Assembly: GCA_017534305.1 (NCBI GenBank)
Contig: JAFWCU010000035.1
Span: forward strand, 18,455-50,454
Reading direction: 5' to 3'
Origin: Clostridia bacterium
Lineage (GTDB): Bacteria > Bacillota > Clostridia > TANB77 > CAG-465
Length of the DNA: 32,000 bases
Shown here one piece after another: positions 15,297 to 25,339 of the stretch. Below the pieces are notes generated by a model that saw only the letters and a list, made by a program, of their open reading frames with translations, had not been told where the DNA came from and searched no databases. Position 1 is the first letter of the stretch. Each line of letters starts with the position of its first letter. The position numbers and the translations under genes were made by a program.

Positions 15297-16304
15297 ATGC
15301 AAAGCGAAGCGTATAGAAAAATTGAAGCAGAGTATGATTACAAAAGACAACAAGCACAAAAAGATGCAAAAACTTTTAAAGAAAACGTATACGATGAACA
15401 TCCACAACTTGCTCAAATAGAAGCAGACATTGCAAAAGTTGCAATTGAATCTATGAAAGCTAGAATAAACTCAGATGATAATACAAGAGCAAAAGAACAA
15501 GAGAAACTTGAAAAGAAAATAGAGGAACTTCAAGTAGAATATGATAAAGCTTTAAAAAGAATAGGATTAACACTTGAAGATTTTGAACCAAAATATGAAT
15601 GCGAAAAATGCAAAGATACAGGAATGTATAAAGATGCAATGTGTAGTTGCTTCAAGCAAGCATTAATTAATGAATCATTCAAACAGTCAAACATGCTAAA
15701 AATAAAAGATGAAAACTTCGAGACTTTTGATTTTGGTTACTATTCTTCAAATCCAGACAAGGAAAAATATGGAATAGATAAGTCACCATTAGAAAAAATG
15801 GATGCAATTAGAAAACAAGCTTATGATTTTTCACATAAGTTAGATGACCCAGAACAAAAGAACCTATTGTTTAGTGGAACAACAGGACTTGGTAAAACAT
15901 TCCTTGCAAATTGTATTGCAAATGAAGCAATAAAACAAGGAAAATCTGTTATATATCAAACAGCACCAATTCTTTTGGATAAAATGGTAGACTATCAATT
16001 TAAATATAATAAAACAGAAAATGATAGAGAAGAATATCAAAAAATATTTGAAGTTGATTTATTGATTATAGATGATCTAGGAACAGAAACTATGAATTCT
16101 GCAAAATTTAGCGAATTATTTAATATAATTAATACTAGACTTCTAAAAGGTAAAAAGATGGTTATATCTACAAATCTAACCACACAAGAAATTAAAAATC
16201 TATATGAAGAAAGAATATTCTCAAGACTTGTAGGAGATTTTTCGATTTTAAGATTTATAGGTGAAGATATTAGAGTATTAAAAAAGAAGATAAATAAAGC
16301 ATAA
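15297..16304 (+). CDS. dnaI: helicase loader ATPase DnaI/DnaC family
   Basis: Cys cluster CEKCKDTG...CSC, Walker A GTTGLGKT, Walker B LLIIDDLG. Confidence 0.85.
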   Translation: MQSEAYRKIEAEYDYKRQQAQKDAKTFKENVYDEHPQLAQIEADIAKVAIESMKARINSDDNTRAKEQEKLEKKIEELQVEYDKALKRIGLTLEDFEPKYECEKCKDTGMYKDAMCSCFKQALINESFKQSNMLKIKDENFETFDFGYYSSNPDKEKYGIDKSPLEKMDAIRKQAYDFSHKLDDPEQKNLLFSGTTGLGKTFLANCIANEAIKQGKSVIYQTAPILLDKMVDYQFKYNKTENDREEYQKIFEVDLLIIDDLGTETMNSAKFSELFNIINTRLLKGKKMVISTNLTTQEIKNLYEERIFSRLVGDFSILRFIGEDIRVLKKKINKA

Positions 16305-16338
16305 AAGAAAGAGTACCGAATAATTGGTACTCTTTTTT
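16304..16338. terminator. bidirectional rho-independent terminator
   Basis: Stem AGAGTACC (16310-16317) / GGTACTCT (16326-16333), with an A-rich run upstream and a T-run downstream. It lies between convergent genes. Confidence 0.75.
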
Positions 16339-17254
16339 ATCCATTAAATTCTTCTCTTTTTCTTTCAATTTTTAGTAATTGTTCATATAGTTTTTCTTCT
16401 CTTTCAGATATATCTTCAGGAAGATCAATGTGAACTTTTAGATTTAAGTCTCCACGATTTCCATCTTCAGTGACATATCCTTTGTTTGGTACAGTTACTA
16501 TTTCACCATCTCTTAAACGCTTTGGTAGAGAAACAAATAATTTTTCATCCATAACTTGAAGCTTGTACTTTCCACCAAGAGCAGCAACAGCTGGAGTAAT
16601 ATTAATATCTTTGTTAAAATCTGTTCCTTCAATTTTAAACTCTGGATCATCTAGTAATTTAACATGTATAATTAAATCTCCGTTCTTACCACCATTTTTC
16701 CCTGGATTACCAAGAGCAGCAAGTCTAATCTTGTCTCCGTTTTTTATTCCAACTGGTACTTTAACAGAAAATGTTTTCATTCCAGTTTTGTGTGCACGTA
16801 TTGCTATTTTCTTTTCTGCCCCAAAGAAACCTTCTTCAAGAGTTACATCTAAATGAGTAACTATATCTGAACCTTTAATTGGTTTTTTCTTATCATCTAT
16901 ATTCTCATTATTTGAATTATTATCGCCTTTTCTAAATCCTAAAATTTGGTTTAATATATCGTTAAATACATTTGCACCAGATTTGAATTCATATTTTACA
17001 TCTTGTAGTCCTGATTCTATATTTGCAAATCCATATCCATATCTTGCAACTTGTCTATCATATTTTCTTTTTTTCTCTGGATCCATAAGGATCGCATAAG
17101 CTTCATTTATATCTTTAAACTTTTCTTCAGCATCTTTGCTTTTATTTTTATCTGGATGATATTCTTTAGCAAGTCTTCTAAAGTTAAGTTTTATATCTTG
17201 ATCAGAACTTTTTCTGTTGACTTCCAATATTGCGTAATAGTTTTTTTGTTTCAT
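16337..17254 (-). CDS. J-domain co-chaperone, CbpA-like (no zinc-finger domain)
   Basis: J domain YYAILEVNRKSS...EYHPDKNK with HPD. A DnaJ C-terminal beta domain is present. There are no CxxCxGxG repeats. Confidence 0.8.
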   Translation of the reverse strand: MKQKNYYAILEVNRKSSDQDIKLNFRRLAKEYHPDKNKSKDAEEKFKDINEAYAILMDPEKKRKYDRQVARYGYGFANIESGLQDVKYEFKSGANVFNDILNQILGFRKGDNNSNNENIDDKKKPIKGSDIVTHLDVTLEEGFFGAEKKIAIRAHKTGMKTFSVKVPVGIKNGDKIRLAALGNPGKNGGKNGDLIIHVKLLDDPEFKIEGTDFNKDINITPAVAALGGKYKLQVMDEKLFVSLPKRLRDGEIVTVPNKGYVTEDGNRGDLNLKVHIDLPEDISEREEKLYEQLLKIERKREEFNG

Positions 17255-17330
17255 ATAATACCCCTTTAAAAACTAATTCTAACTTGATTTTTATTATATC
17301 ATAGATAATCTAAAATTCAAGGATATTCGC

Positions 17331-17359
17331 TTGATTTTTTAATTTTTTTATAATATAAT
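17331..17359 (+). promoter_or_regulatory. candidate sigma-A promoter of gyrA
   Basis: TTGATT (17331-17336), 17-nt spacer, TATAAT (17354-17359). Confidence 0.5.
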
Positions 17360-17392
17360 GAGGGAGTAAAAGCAAATGGAGGTATGTATATA

Positions 17393-19870
17393 ATGGACAT
17401 AAATGATGAAAACTTTTTATCGGCGCAAAAAATTGTTCCTGTAAAAATCGAAGATGAAATGCAAAAATCATATATAGACTATGCAATGAGCGTTATTATC
17501 TCCCGTGCCTTACCAGATGTAAGAGATGGTTTAAAACCAGTTCATAGAAGAATTCTTTATACAATGTATGAAGACAAACTATGGCCAAACGTTCCTTACA
17601 GAAAATGTGCAAACGTTGTTGGTGACGCAATGGGTAGATACCATCCACATGGTGACTCATCAATATATGATGCATTAGTACGTTTAGCACAAAATTTTTC
17701 ACTAAGGTATCCTCTAGTTGACGGACATGGTAACTTTGGATCTATGGATAATGATCCTCCAGCCGCAATGAGATATACTGAGTGTAAACTTCAAAAAGTT
17801 GCACTCGAAATGCTTGAGGATTTAGACAAAGAAACAGTAGACCTTATGCCAAACTATGATGACAGATTAAAAGAACCTACTGTTTTACCAGCAAAACTAC
17901 CATATCTATTAGTTAATGGTGCATATGGTATTGCCGTTGGTATGGCATCTAATATTCCACCACACAACTTAGGCGAAGTAGTAGATGGTACAATTGCTCA
18001 ATTAGATAATCCAGAGATTACTAATGAAGAATTAATGAAATATATCAAAGGACCAGACTTCCCAACATCAGGTATTATTGTTGGAAAAGAAGGTATCAAA
18101 GATGCATATACAACTGGTCGTGGTAAAGTAACAATAAGAGCAAAAACAGAAATTGAAGAAGACTCTCGTGGTAGATTTAAAATTATCGTTACAGAAATAC
18201 CATACCAAGTAAATAAAGCAGCACTTGTTGAAAGTATTGCAAAATTAGTTCAAGCTAAAACAATCGAAGGAATTTCAGACTTAAGAGATGAAACAGATAG
18301 AGAAACAGGATTAAGCTGTGGAGTAAGAATTGTTATAGAACTAAAAAGAGATGCAAATCCAAACGTAGTTCTAAATCAATTATTCAAACATACACAACTA
18401 CAAAATTCTCAATCTATGTTAATGCTTGCTATTGTAGATGGTGTACCTAAAGTACTACAACTTAGAGAAATACTAGGAGAATACATCAAACACAGAGAAA
18501 ATGTTGTAATTAGAAGAACTGAGTTCGACTTAAAACAAGCAGAAGCAAGAATCCATATCTTAGAAGGATTAAAAATTGCTATAGATAACATCGATAGAGT
18601 TATCCAAGTAATTAGAAATTCATATGATGATGCTAAAGAAAACTTAATGAAAGAGTTTGAACTATCTGAAATTCAAGCTCAAGCAATCCTAGATATGCAA
18701 TTAAGAAGACTACAAGGATTACAAAGAGAAAAAATTGAAGAAGAGTTAAATGAACTTCTAGCTTTAGCTAAACACTTAAGAGAAATCTTAGGCTCTATGG
18801 AACTTGTTAAAGGTATCATTAGAGATGAACTTATAGAATTAAAACAAAAATATGGTGATGAAAGAAAAACAGCTATCACTCATGGTGAAGGTGAAATAGA
18901 TGTTGAAGATTTGATCAAAGAAGAAAACAATGTTGTTACTTTAACACACTTTGGATATATCAAGAGAATTTCTCTAGATACATACAGAGCTCAAAGACGT
19001 GGTGGTAAAGGCCTAACAGGAATGAATACTCGTGAGGATGACTTTGTTGAACAAATCTTTGTTACATCAACTCATAATAGCTTAATGTTCTTTACTAATA
19101 CTGGTAAAGTATTTAGACTTAAAACATATGAATTACCAGAAGCAGGAAGAACAGCCAAAGGTACAGCTATCGTTAACCTACTACAACTTAACCAAGGTGA
19201 AAAAGTTACTGCAGTTATGCCAGTAGAAGACTTTAACGATGATACAAAATATGTACTTATGGCTACAGCTAATGGTCTTATCAAGAAGACTGCACTTTCA
19301 GAATATGGAAATATCAGAAAGACAGGTATTCAAGCTATTACTCTTAAAGATGACGATGAGTTAATAGATGTAAGACTTACAGATGGATCAAATGATGTAA
19401 TCATGGTAACACATGGTGGACAATCTATTAGATTCAAAGAAGAAGAAGTAAGACCAGTAGGTAGAACTGCAATGGGTGTTAAAGGTATCGAACTTGCAAA
19501 AGACGACAAAGTAGTTGGAATGGAACCATTAAAAGAAGATAATGGATATGTTTTAGCAATTACTGAAAACGGATTTGGTAAGAGATCTGAAATGGATGAT
19601 TACAGATGCCAAGGAAGAGCAGGAAAAGGTGTTCTAACATACAAGATAACATCTAAGACTGGTAACATCGTTGGAGTTAAACTTGTAAATGATGATGACG
19701 AAGTAATGCTTGTAACAGATACTGGAATAATCATTAGATTAAATGTAAATGATATTAGCATTCTTGGTAGAAATACACAAGGTGTAACTCTAATGAGAAC
19801 ATCTGATGGTGGAAAAGTAGTAAATATTGCTAAAGTTCCAAATGAAGATGAAGAAGTTGCAGATGAATAA
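17393..19870 (+). CDS. gyrA: DNA gyrase subunit A
   Basis: [16 protein letters not shown], catalytic AAMRYTE, and the GyrA box QRRGGKG. I chose the ATG at 17393 (MDIND), 10 nt after GGAGG; the ATG at 17384 is only 1 nt from the RBS. Confidence 0.95.
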   Translation: MDINDENFLSAQKIVPVKIEDEMQKSYIDYAMSVIISRALPDVRDGLKPVHRRILYTMYEDKLWPNVPYRKCANVVGDAMGRYHPHGDSSIYDALVRLAQNFSLRYPLVDGHGNFGSMDNDPPAAMRYTECKLQKVALEMLEDLDKETVDLMPNYDDRLKEPTVLPAKLPYLLVNGAYGIAVGMASNIPPHNLGEVVDGTIAQLDNPEITNEELMKYIKGPDFPTSGIIVGKEGIKDAYTTGRGKVTIRAKTEIEEDSRGRFKIIVTEIPYQVNKAALVESIAKLVQAKTIEGISDLRDETDRETGLSCGVRIVIELKRDANPNVVLNQLFKHTQLQNSQSMLMLAIVDGVPKVLQLREILGEYIKHRENVVIRRTEFDLKQAEARIHILEGLKIAIDNIDRVIQVIRNSYDDAKENLMKEFELSEIQAQAILDMQLRRLQGLQREKIEEELNELLALAKHLREILGSMELVKGIIRDELIELKQKYGDERKTAITHGEGEIDVEDLIKEENNVVTLTHFGYIKRISLDTYRAQRRGGKGLTGMNTREDDFVEQIFVTSTHNSLMFFTNTGKVFRLKTYELPEAGRTAKGTAIVNLLQLNQGEKVTAVMPVEDFNDDTKYVLMATANGLIKKTALSEYGNIRKTGIQAITLKDDDELIDVRLTDGSNDVIMVTHGGQSIRFKEEEVRPVGRTAMGVKGIELAKDDKVVGMEPLKEDNGYVLAITENGFGKRSEMDDYRCQGRAGKGVLTYKITSKTGNIVGVKLVNDDDEVMLVTDTGIIIRLNVNDISILGRNTQGVTLMRTSDGGKVVNIAKVPNEDEEVADE

Positions 19871-19894
19871 TCTTAACAAGAATATAATAATAAG

Positions 19895-19930
19895 GAGTAT
19901 AGAATTAATCTATACTCTTTATTTTTTTTG
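19895..19930 (+). terminator. rho-independent terminator after gyrA
   Basis: Stem GAGTATAGA (19895-19903) / TCTATACTC (19909-19917) followed by a long T-run. Confidence 0.8.
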
Positions 19931-19959
19931 TTTACAATTTACATAAATTATGGTATAAT
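19931..19959 (+). promoter_or_regulatory. sigma-A promoter with extended -10
   Basis: TTTACA (19931-19936), 17-nt spacer ending in TGg, TATAAT (19954-19959). Confidence 0.65.
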
Positions 19960-19984
19960 ACCGCAAGAAAAGGAGGAATTGTTT

Positions 19985-21184
19985 ATGTTTGAATTAAATA
20001 ATAAAAATGTAAAAAAGATTCTTTTAATTATTACGTATGCAGCAGTGCTAATATTTGCTCTGTTTAATATAAAATTTGTAGGATACATCTTAAACCTACT
20101 TAAACCATTTATAATTGGTTTTGCAATAGCGTTTATATTAAACATACCACTTAGTAAATTTGAATCTTTTTGGAAAGAAAAAACTGCTAGAAAAATTAAA
20201 GATAAAAAGGGCAGAGTAACAAAAACAATACCAAAAGATTCAAAACTTATGAGACCGCTTGCAATAGTTTTTTCACTAGTTGTATTCATAGCAATTATAG
20301 CTGGTGTATTACTTTTAGTAATTCCACAAGTGGGAAACACAGTAAATATTTTAAAGGAAAACATTCCTACTGCATTTAACAATGCAAAAGAATGGGCAAT
20401 AGAAAAAGCACATAACAACCCACAAATACTAGAAAAAATCAATGAGTTTACACCTAACTGGAAAGAATTAGATACTAACGTAACTGAATGGGTAAAAAAT
20501 GCAGCAACAGGTATAATTGGTGCTGGTTTTACATTTATTAGAGGAGTAGTAAGTGGAGTAGTAAACTTCATCATGGGAATAGTTTTTGCTGTATATATGT
20601 TAGCTCAAAAAGAAAAATTAACTGAACAATTCAAAAAGTTAATTAAATCATTCTTATCTGAGGAAAAAGCAAACAAATTATTTCATGTGGGAAGTGTTAC
20701 TAATGAGACTTTCAAAAGTTTTATTGGTGGACAATTTATTGAAGCAATAATTCTTGGAGTTTTATGCTTTATTACAATGACTATCTTTAGAATGCCTTAT
20801 GCATTAAGTATTTCGGTTGTTGTTGGACTAAGTAATATTATTCCTGTATTTGGACCATGGTTTGGTGGAGCAATTGGTGCTATCATAATTCTAGGTACAA
20901 ATCCAATGCAAGCATTATGGTTTATCCTAATGGCAATTGTACTTCAACAAATAGACGGAAATCTTATTTATCCAAGAGTTGTAGGAGACAGAGTTGGTCT
21001 TCCTGCTATATGGGTAATGCTAGCAGTTCTTGTTGGTGGTAATGGATTTGGAATAATTGGTATGTTTGTTGGTGTTCCAGTAGCATCAGTAATATACAAA
21101 TTACTTAGAGAAAGAATCGAAAAGCAAAAAGAACAAGCAAAATTAAAAGAAAAAACTGAAAAAACAACAGAACAAATAGGGTGA
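19985..21184 (+). CDS. AI-2E family transporter (UPF0118/PerM-like permease)
   Basis: Multi-TM protein with NIIPVFGPWFGG and QQIDGNLIYPRVVGDRVGLP signatures. ATG at 19985 after AAGGAGG; the track start at 19928 is a TTG. Confidence 0.85.
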   Translation: MFELNNKNVKKILLIITYAAVLIFALFNIKFVGYILNLLKPFIIGFAIAFILNIPLSKFESFWKEKTARKIKDKKGRVTKTIPKDSKLMRPLAIVFSLVVFIAIIAGVLLLVIPQVGNTVNILKENIPTAFNNAKEWAIEKAHNNPQILEKINEFTPNWKELDTNVTEWVKNAATGIIGAGFTFIRGVVSGVVNFIMGIVFAVYMLAQKEKLTEQFKKLIKSFLSEEKANKLFHVGSVTNETFKSFIGGQFIEAIILGVLCFITMTIFRMPYALSISVVVGLSNIIPVFGPWFGGAIGAIIILGTNPMQALWFILMAIVLQQIDGNLIYPRVVGDRVGLPAIWVMLAVLVGGNGFGIIGMFVGVPVASVIYKLLRERIEKQKEQAKLKEKTEKTTEQIG

Positions 21185-21210
21185 GATTAAATTCTCACTT
21201 TATTTTTTTC
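21181..21210 (+). terminator. rho-independent terminator
   Basis: Stem GTGAGA (21181-21186) / TCTCAC (21193-21198) followed by a T-rich run. It overlaps the stop codon. Confidence 0.65.
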
Positions 21211-21233
21211 TCTTTTTGTGATATAATAATTAT

Positions 21234-21564
21234 GTAGTATTTCAGATGATTGCTTGCCTTTATGGCCAGAGGAAAGTCCGGACACTATAGAGCAGGGTGC
21301 TAGATAACGTCTAGTGGGAGTGATTCTAAGGAAAGTGCAACAGAAAATTACCGCTACTTTTGTAGTAAGGGTGAAAACGCGAGGTAAGAGCTCACGACAA
21401 TCTATGGAGACACAGATTGGGTGTAAACCCCACCTAGTGCAACACCAGAATGAAACGATATCAGGTTGCTCGCCAAGTTTCAAGTTGGTGGCTTGAGATG
21501 CATAGCAATATGCATTCTAGATAAATAATCATCTAATACAGAATCCGGCTTATGAAATGCTCAT
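21234..21564 (+). ncRNA. rnpB: RNase P RNA (bacterial), compact, about 330 nt; ends approximate
   Basis: Universal P4 halves GAGGAAAGTCCGG (from 21269) and ACAGAATCCGGCTTA (from 21538). P2 is AGATGATT / AATCATCT and P1 is AGTATTTC / GAAATGCT. An upstream TGaTATAAT (21222-27) fits the 5' end. Confidence 0.9.
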
Positions 21565-21577
21565 ATTTATATTTTTT

Positions 21578-21607
21578 AAAAGTCCTTTTTGGGCTTTTAT
21601 TTTTTTG
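21578..21607 (+). terminator. terminator after rnpB
   Basis: Stem AAAAGTCC / GGGCTTTT with one G-T pair and a TTTTT loop, followed by ATTTTTTT. Confidence 0.55.
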
Positions 21608-21651
21608 TCTAAAAATATATGTAAATTAATTGTCGTTAAGCCTTAAAATCA

Positions 21652-21680
21652 TTGACAATTATTTTATTTTAATATAAAAT
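21652..21680 (+). promoter_or_regulatory. sigma-A promoter of the CofE-like/T4CP operon
   Basis: TTGACA (21652-21657), 17-nt spacer, TAAAAT (21675-21680). Confidence 0.6.
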
Positions 21681-21716
21681 TTAAATAGTTAAATTCACAA
21701 GATTGGAGGTATTATT

Positions 21717-22415
21717 ATGGAGTTTAAAGCTTTAGAAGGAAAAAATGTAGAAATACAAGTAGGAGACAACAAATATATGAGACATGCAATTGAGACTCAC
21801 TACATTCAACTTGGTGAAAGTTATATTGACATTGTTAAACAATATGTTTCTCCTATTTACGAAGAGGGAGATATTGTATCGTTTAGTGAAAAAATAATTT
21901 CTTTATGCCAAAAGAATATTGTATATAAAAAGGACGTAAAAGTATCCGGTCTTGCTAAGTTCTTATCTAAATTTGCTATGAGAACAGATGCAGGTATCGG
22001 TGTAGATAGCCCATATAAAATGCAATTTGCTATAGATATAAATGGACCTTGGAAAGTTTTATGGGCAGCAATAGCTGGAGGATTCTGCAAAATTTTTGGA
22101 AAACATGGTGTTTTCTATGAAATCGTAGGTAAAGAAGTTAGTGGACTTGATGGATTCTATGGAGATGTATTCTCAGATTATTCAGAATTTGGTATCAAAA
22201 TTCCACAAAATCCAAATGGAGTATGTAATGAAATATACGAAAAAACAGGAGTTAAATCTATGATTGTTGATGCAAATGACTTTAACCAAGAAATACTAGG
22301 TAAAGCAGATGCAATTGAAGAATCTGAAGAAGAACTAATTGGTATGATCAAAGATAACCCTTGTGGTCAAGCCAAAACATTAACACCAATGGTATTAATT
22401 AGAAAAGTTAAATAG
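21717..22415 (+). CDS. CofE-like (F420-0:gamma-glutamyl ligase fold) protein
   Basis: GDIVSFSEKIISLCQ resembles the CofE GD(I/V)xVxxxKxxSKAEG segment. The C-terminal DNPCGQAKTLTPMVLIRK resembles the conserved CofE tail. Assignment by eye. Confidence 0.5.
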   Translation: MEFKALEGKNVEIQVGDNKYMRHAIETHYIQLGESYIDIVKQYVSPIYEEGDIVSFSEKIISLCQKNIVYKKDVKVSGLAKFLSKFAMRTDAGIGVDSPYKMQFAIDINGPWKVLWAAIAGGFCKIFGKHGVFYEIVGKEVSGLDGFYGDVFSDYSEFGIKIPQNPNGVCNEIYEKTGVKSMIVDANDFNQEILGKADAIEESEEELIGMIKDNPCGQAKTLTPMVLIRKVK

Positions 22416-22441
22416 ATTTAATTTAGAAGAGGGGTTGAATT

Positions 22442-23011
22442 ATGGATAGTTTATTTAAAATGAACAAGTTTGAGGTTATTGACTTACCAGGTATGAACAC
22501 ATTAGCTTTTTTAGTTGAAAGAGATTATGATGCGTATACTCAAGGTTATGCATATTTATCTCTAGAAAAGCTAAGAAGTGTAGAGGTAAGAGAAGAAAAC
22601 CAAGTAAAAAAAGTATTTAATGTGCTTGTTGATGACCCAGAAGATGAAGACGATATAGTTCTTCTAACACTTACAGATAGCAAAGCATTCTTAAGTACAG
22701 GAATCCTAGATAAAAATGGATTTACAGTAGAAAATAGTAATGTTTCTCTAACATATGGCTCAATATATAATACAGAAGGTATTGAGTACAGAGATGTTGC
22801 TTACACACCAGACTTAAGAAGAAACTTCTCAATTATTGATTCTCAAACAGGAGAAGAAGTTAAACCTTCTCTATATAGAGACGATAATGGTGAGGTCAGA
22901 GGTAGATGCAAAATTATGCCTAATAGACCATACATAGTATTAGAAGTATCAATGGAAGATGAAGACATTAGAAAATTAAAGCTTGATGAAGAAGCAGATG
23001 AAATGATTTAG
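22442..23011 (+). CDS. acidic hypothetical protein (189 aa)
   Basis: RBS GAGGGG. Rich in D/E (DDPEDEDD, MEDEDIRKLKLDEEADEMI). No family recognised. Confidence 0.6.
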   Translation: MDSLFKMNKFEVIDLPGMNTLAFLVERDYDAYTQGYAYLSLEKLRSVEVREENQVKKVFNVLVDDPEDEDDIVLLTLTDSKAFLSTGILDKNGFTVENSNVSLTYGSIYNTEGIEYRDVAYTPDLRRNFSIIDSQTGEEVKPSLYRDDNGEVRGRCKIMPNRPYIVLEVSMEDEDIRKLKLDEEADEMI

Positions 23012-23022
23012 GAGGTATAATA

Positions 23023-23205
23023 ATGAGTAAGAAAAGTATTCACGATAAAATTAAAGTTGATATGGTTGAAGGACTTATTACTGAAAAAGGTGAATTTATT
23101 CCAGAAAAAGGAATAAGTGTAAAAAATAAAGAAGTAAGAAATCTTTCTCCAGAGCAAATTAAGAAAGCAAAAGAAAGAGGAGAATACGACGATAAAGTTA
23201 GATAA
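23023..23205 (+). CDS. small charged hypothetical protein (60 aa)
   Basis: AGGAGG RBS 11 nt after the upstream stop. K/E-rich with no hydrophobic segment. Confidence 0.5.
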   Translation: MSKKSIHDKIKVDMVEGLITEKGEFIPEKGISVKNKEVRNLSPEQIKKAKERGEYDDKVR

Positions 23206-23225
23206 TATAAGAAGGAGTTTATGAA

Positions 23226-25334
23226 ATGAGAGATTTTTTTGATGATTTTAAACAAAAAGCTCCAATACTTATAATTATATCACTTATACTATCTATTGTT
23301 TTTGGTGGAGCATTAACAAAATCAATTGTAGATGCAAAAGCTGCTGGCAGTACTTCAATGATTGCTACAATATTTTCTACTTTGTTAGGAAATATAACAA
23401 GTTTCCAATTTTTCTCTGGAATATTTGCAGACTTTTTAACATTCTTAAAAATTACAGGAGTTATATTTGTTGCTGTATTTGGTATTTATCTATATGCTAA
23501 ATATAAAGCTAGTCAAGTAGGCGAATATGAAGGAAAAGAAAATGGTTCTAGCCAATGGGGTAAAGGAGCAGAAGACTTTAAGCACGCATCAGATGGTAAA
23601 GAAATACTAAACAAAAAAGAAGGATTTATACTAAGTAAAACACATTACTTAGGAACAGATTTAAGAAAAGTTGGTATCAATAAAAACATTCTTGTTGTCG
23701 GTGGTTCTGGTTCTGGTAAAACTGCATGTTATATTAAACCAAATATCATGCAATGTTTAGGATCATATATTATCACTGACCCTAAAGGAGAATTATATAA
23801 AGAGACATCACAATTTTTAAAATCTGAAGGCTATGATGTTAAAGCATTTAACCTTGTAAACCCAACATATAGTGATTTCTATAACCCAATATACAATATA
23901 TGTTCAGACCAAGACGTAGATACATTAGCTCACATCTTAGTTACAGGAGCAAATAAAGAAGGTGGCGGCGGAGATGACCCATTCTGGGATAACACTGCAA
24001 AAATGTTAATTTCTGCTACTATTTACTATGTTTTATCTGTTCTACCATTAGAACAACAAAACATAGGAAGCTGTCTAAACATTATTCGTCAAGGTGGTGC
24101 AGATAGTTCAATATTTGAAAAATTATTTGTTGATGATTTAATGCCAGAACATCCTGGTAGAATTCAATATGAATCATTTAAAACTGCTGCAGATAAAACA
24201 ATGCAATCAATAGTTATTTCATCTATTTCTAAAATGCGTGTTTTTGATATGCCAGCAATTCAAAGAATAACATCATCTAACAGCATTAACTTTAGAGATG
24301 TTGCAAAGAAGAAAACAGTTATATATGTTATAACATCAGCTGCTGAAAGTACATATGATTTTGTATCTACAATGTTCTTTAGCCAAATGTTCTCAATACT
24401 ATATAAACAAGCAGATGACTATGGTTCAAGATTACCAAATCAAGTATATTTCTTACTAGATGAGTTTGCAAACATTGGTCAAATACCAGACTTTCAAAAG
24501 AAGTTATCTACAACTCGTAGTTTAGGTATTTCTATCTCAATTATTGTACAATCACTTGACCAATTAGAAGCATTATACAAAGACTCATATGAAAATATTC
24601 TTGGTAACTGTGATACTCAATTATTACTTGGTACTAACTCACAAAAAACAGCTGAGTATTTCTCAAAGAGTTTAGGACAAACAACAATTAAGATTGAACA
24701 AAAATCTGTTAGCAAAGATAAAGACGAACATAAAAAACAAAGTGTATCTGTAAGTACACAAAGACAAGCAAGAGATCTAATGACTGTTGATGAAATTAGA
24801 CGTATGGATAACAACAAAGAAATTCTTATGGTTAGAGGTCTAAAGCCAATTATGGCAGAAAAAGCTTGGTACTTTAAAGTTCATCCAAAAAGAGATATTA
24901 TCGAATCAATGAAACTTGGAAGTATCAAAGATATGCCAATACCAGAAGAACTTCCATATTCATATTTTGATGTTCAAAAATACTTACAAGACAGAAAAAG
25001 ACGTGCTCAAGAAATTCTTAAAAACAGATCAAAAGATGTTCAAGTGGACACTGGATATTCATCTGCTACTCAAGACAAAAGCAGACCATATGGCACTGTA
25101 GATAAAAATAGAGAAGCAGAAATTGATCATAGACCACTTGCAAATGGAATGGATTCAAATTCATATAATGATTTATATGAAAACAATGACTATAATCCAA
25201 TTGCTGATGCTCAAACAAGTGAAAGCAAAGCACCAAATGAAATAACTCAAGAAGATTATGATCTACAATCTGAACTTGAATCTAAATTTGATAAACTATT
25301 CGGTTCAAGCAGCTCTGCTGTTAATGACGATTAA
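23226..25334 (+). CDS. type IV coupling protein (VirD4/TraG/TraD family ATPase)
   Basis: N-terminal TM helices, Walker A VVGGSGSGKT, ITDPKGELY, Walker B VYFLLDEFANIG, SIIVQSLDQL, and an acidic C-terminal tail. Confidence 0.85.
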   Translation: MRDFFDDFKQKAPILIIISLILSIVFGGALTKSIVDAKAAGSTSMIATIFSTLLGNITSFQFFSGIFADFLTFLKITGVIFVAVFGIYLYAKYKASQVGEYEGKENGSSQWGKGAEDFKHASDGKEILNKKEGFILSKTHYLGTDLRKVGINKNILVVGGSGSGKTACYIKPNIMQCLGSYIITDPKGELYKETSQFLKSEGYDVKAFNLVNPTYSDFYNPIYNICSDQDVDTLAHILVTGANKEGGGGDDPFWDNTAKMLISATIYYVLSVLPLEQQNIGSCLNIIRQGGADSSIFEKLFVDDLMPEHPGRIQYESFKTAADKTMQSIVISSISKMRVFDMPAIQRITSSNSINFRDVAKKKTVIYVITSAAESTYDFVSTMFFSQMFSILYKQADDYGSRLPNQVYFLLDEFANIGQIPDFQKKLSTTRSLGISISIIVQSLDQLEALYKDSYENILGNCDTQLLLGTNSQKTAEYFSKSLGQTTIKIEQKSVSKDKDEHKKQSVSVSTQRQARDLMTVDEIRRMDNNKEILMVRGLKPIMAEKAWYFKVHPKRDIIESMKLGSIKDMPIPEELPYSYFDVQKYLQDRKRRAQEILKNRSKDVQVDTGYSSATQDKSRPYGTVDKNREAEIDHRPLANGMDSNSYNDLYENNDYNPIADAQTSESKAPNEITQEDYDLQSELESKFDKLFGSSSSAVNDD

Positions 25335-25339
25335 TAAAT

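Noticed and set aside
10141-16338. Two terminators (10141-10178 and 16304-16338) share AGAGTACC...TTGGTA.TCT stems
   Set aside because: The similarity is limited to an ~8-bp stem core in two ordinary bidirectional terminators. With only two copies and no flanking conservation, it is most simply coincidence or convergent terminator design.
17255-17392. gyrA is not preceded by gyrB; it is divergent from a cbpA-like gene
   Set aside because: Separated gyrB and gyrA genes occur in many bacteria. The GyrA box QRRGGKG confirms this is gyrase and not ParC. There is nothing anomalous in the sequence itself.
19948-20574. 208-aa antisense ORF inside the AI-2E transporter gene
   Set aside because: It has no RBS and lies opposite a well-supported gene. 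Its low-complexity hydrophobic translation is typical of antisense frames in AT-rich membrane-protein genes. The same reasoning applies to the other short antisense ORFs in the track, for example 26669-27028 in dnaX, 16563-16856, and 15046-15369.
21187-21496. Two ORFs (98 aa minus strand, 60 aa plus strand) in the track
   Set aside because: Both lie inside the RNase P RNA, which has clear P4, P1 and P2 pairings. They are not coding.
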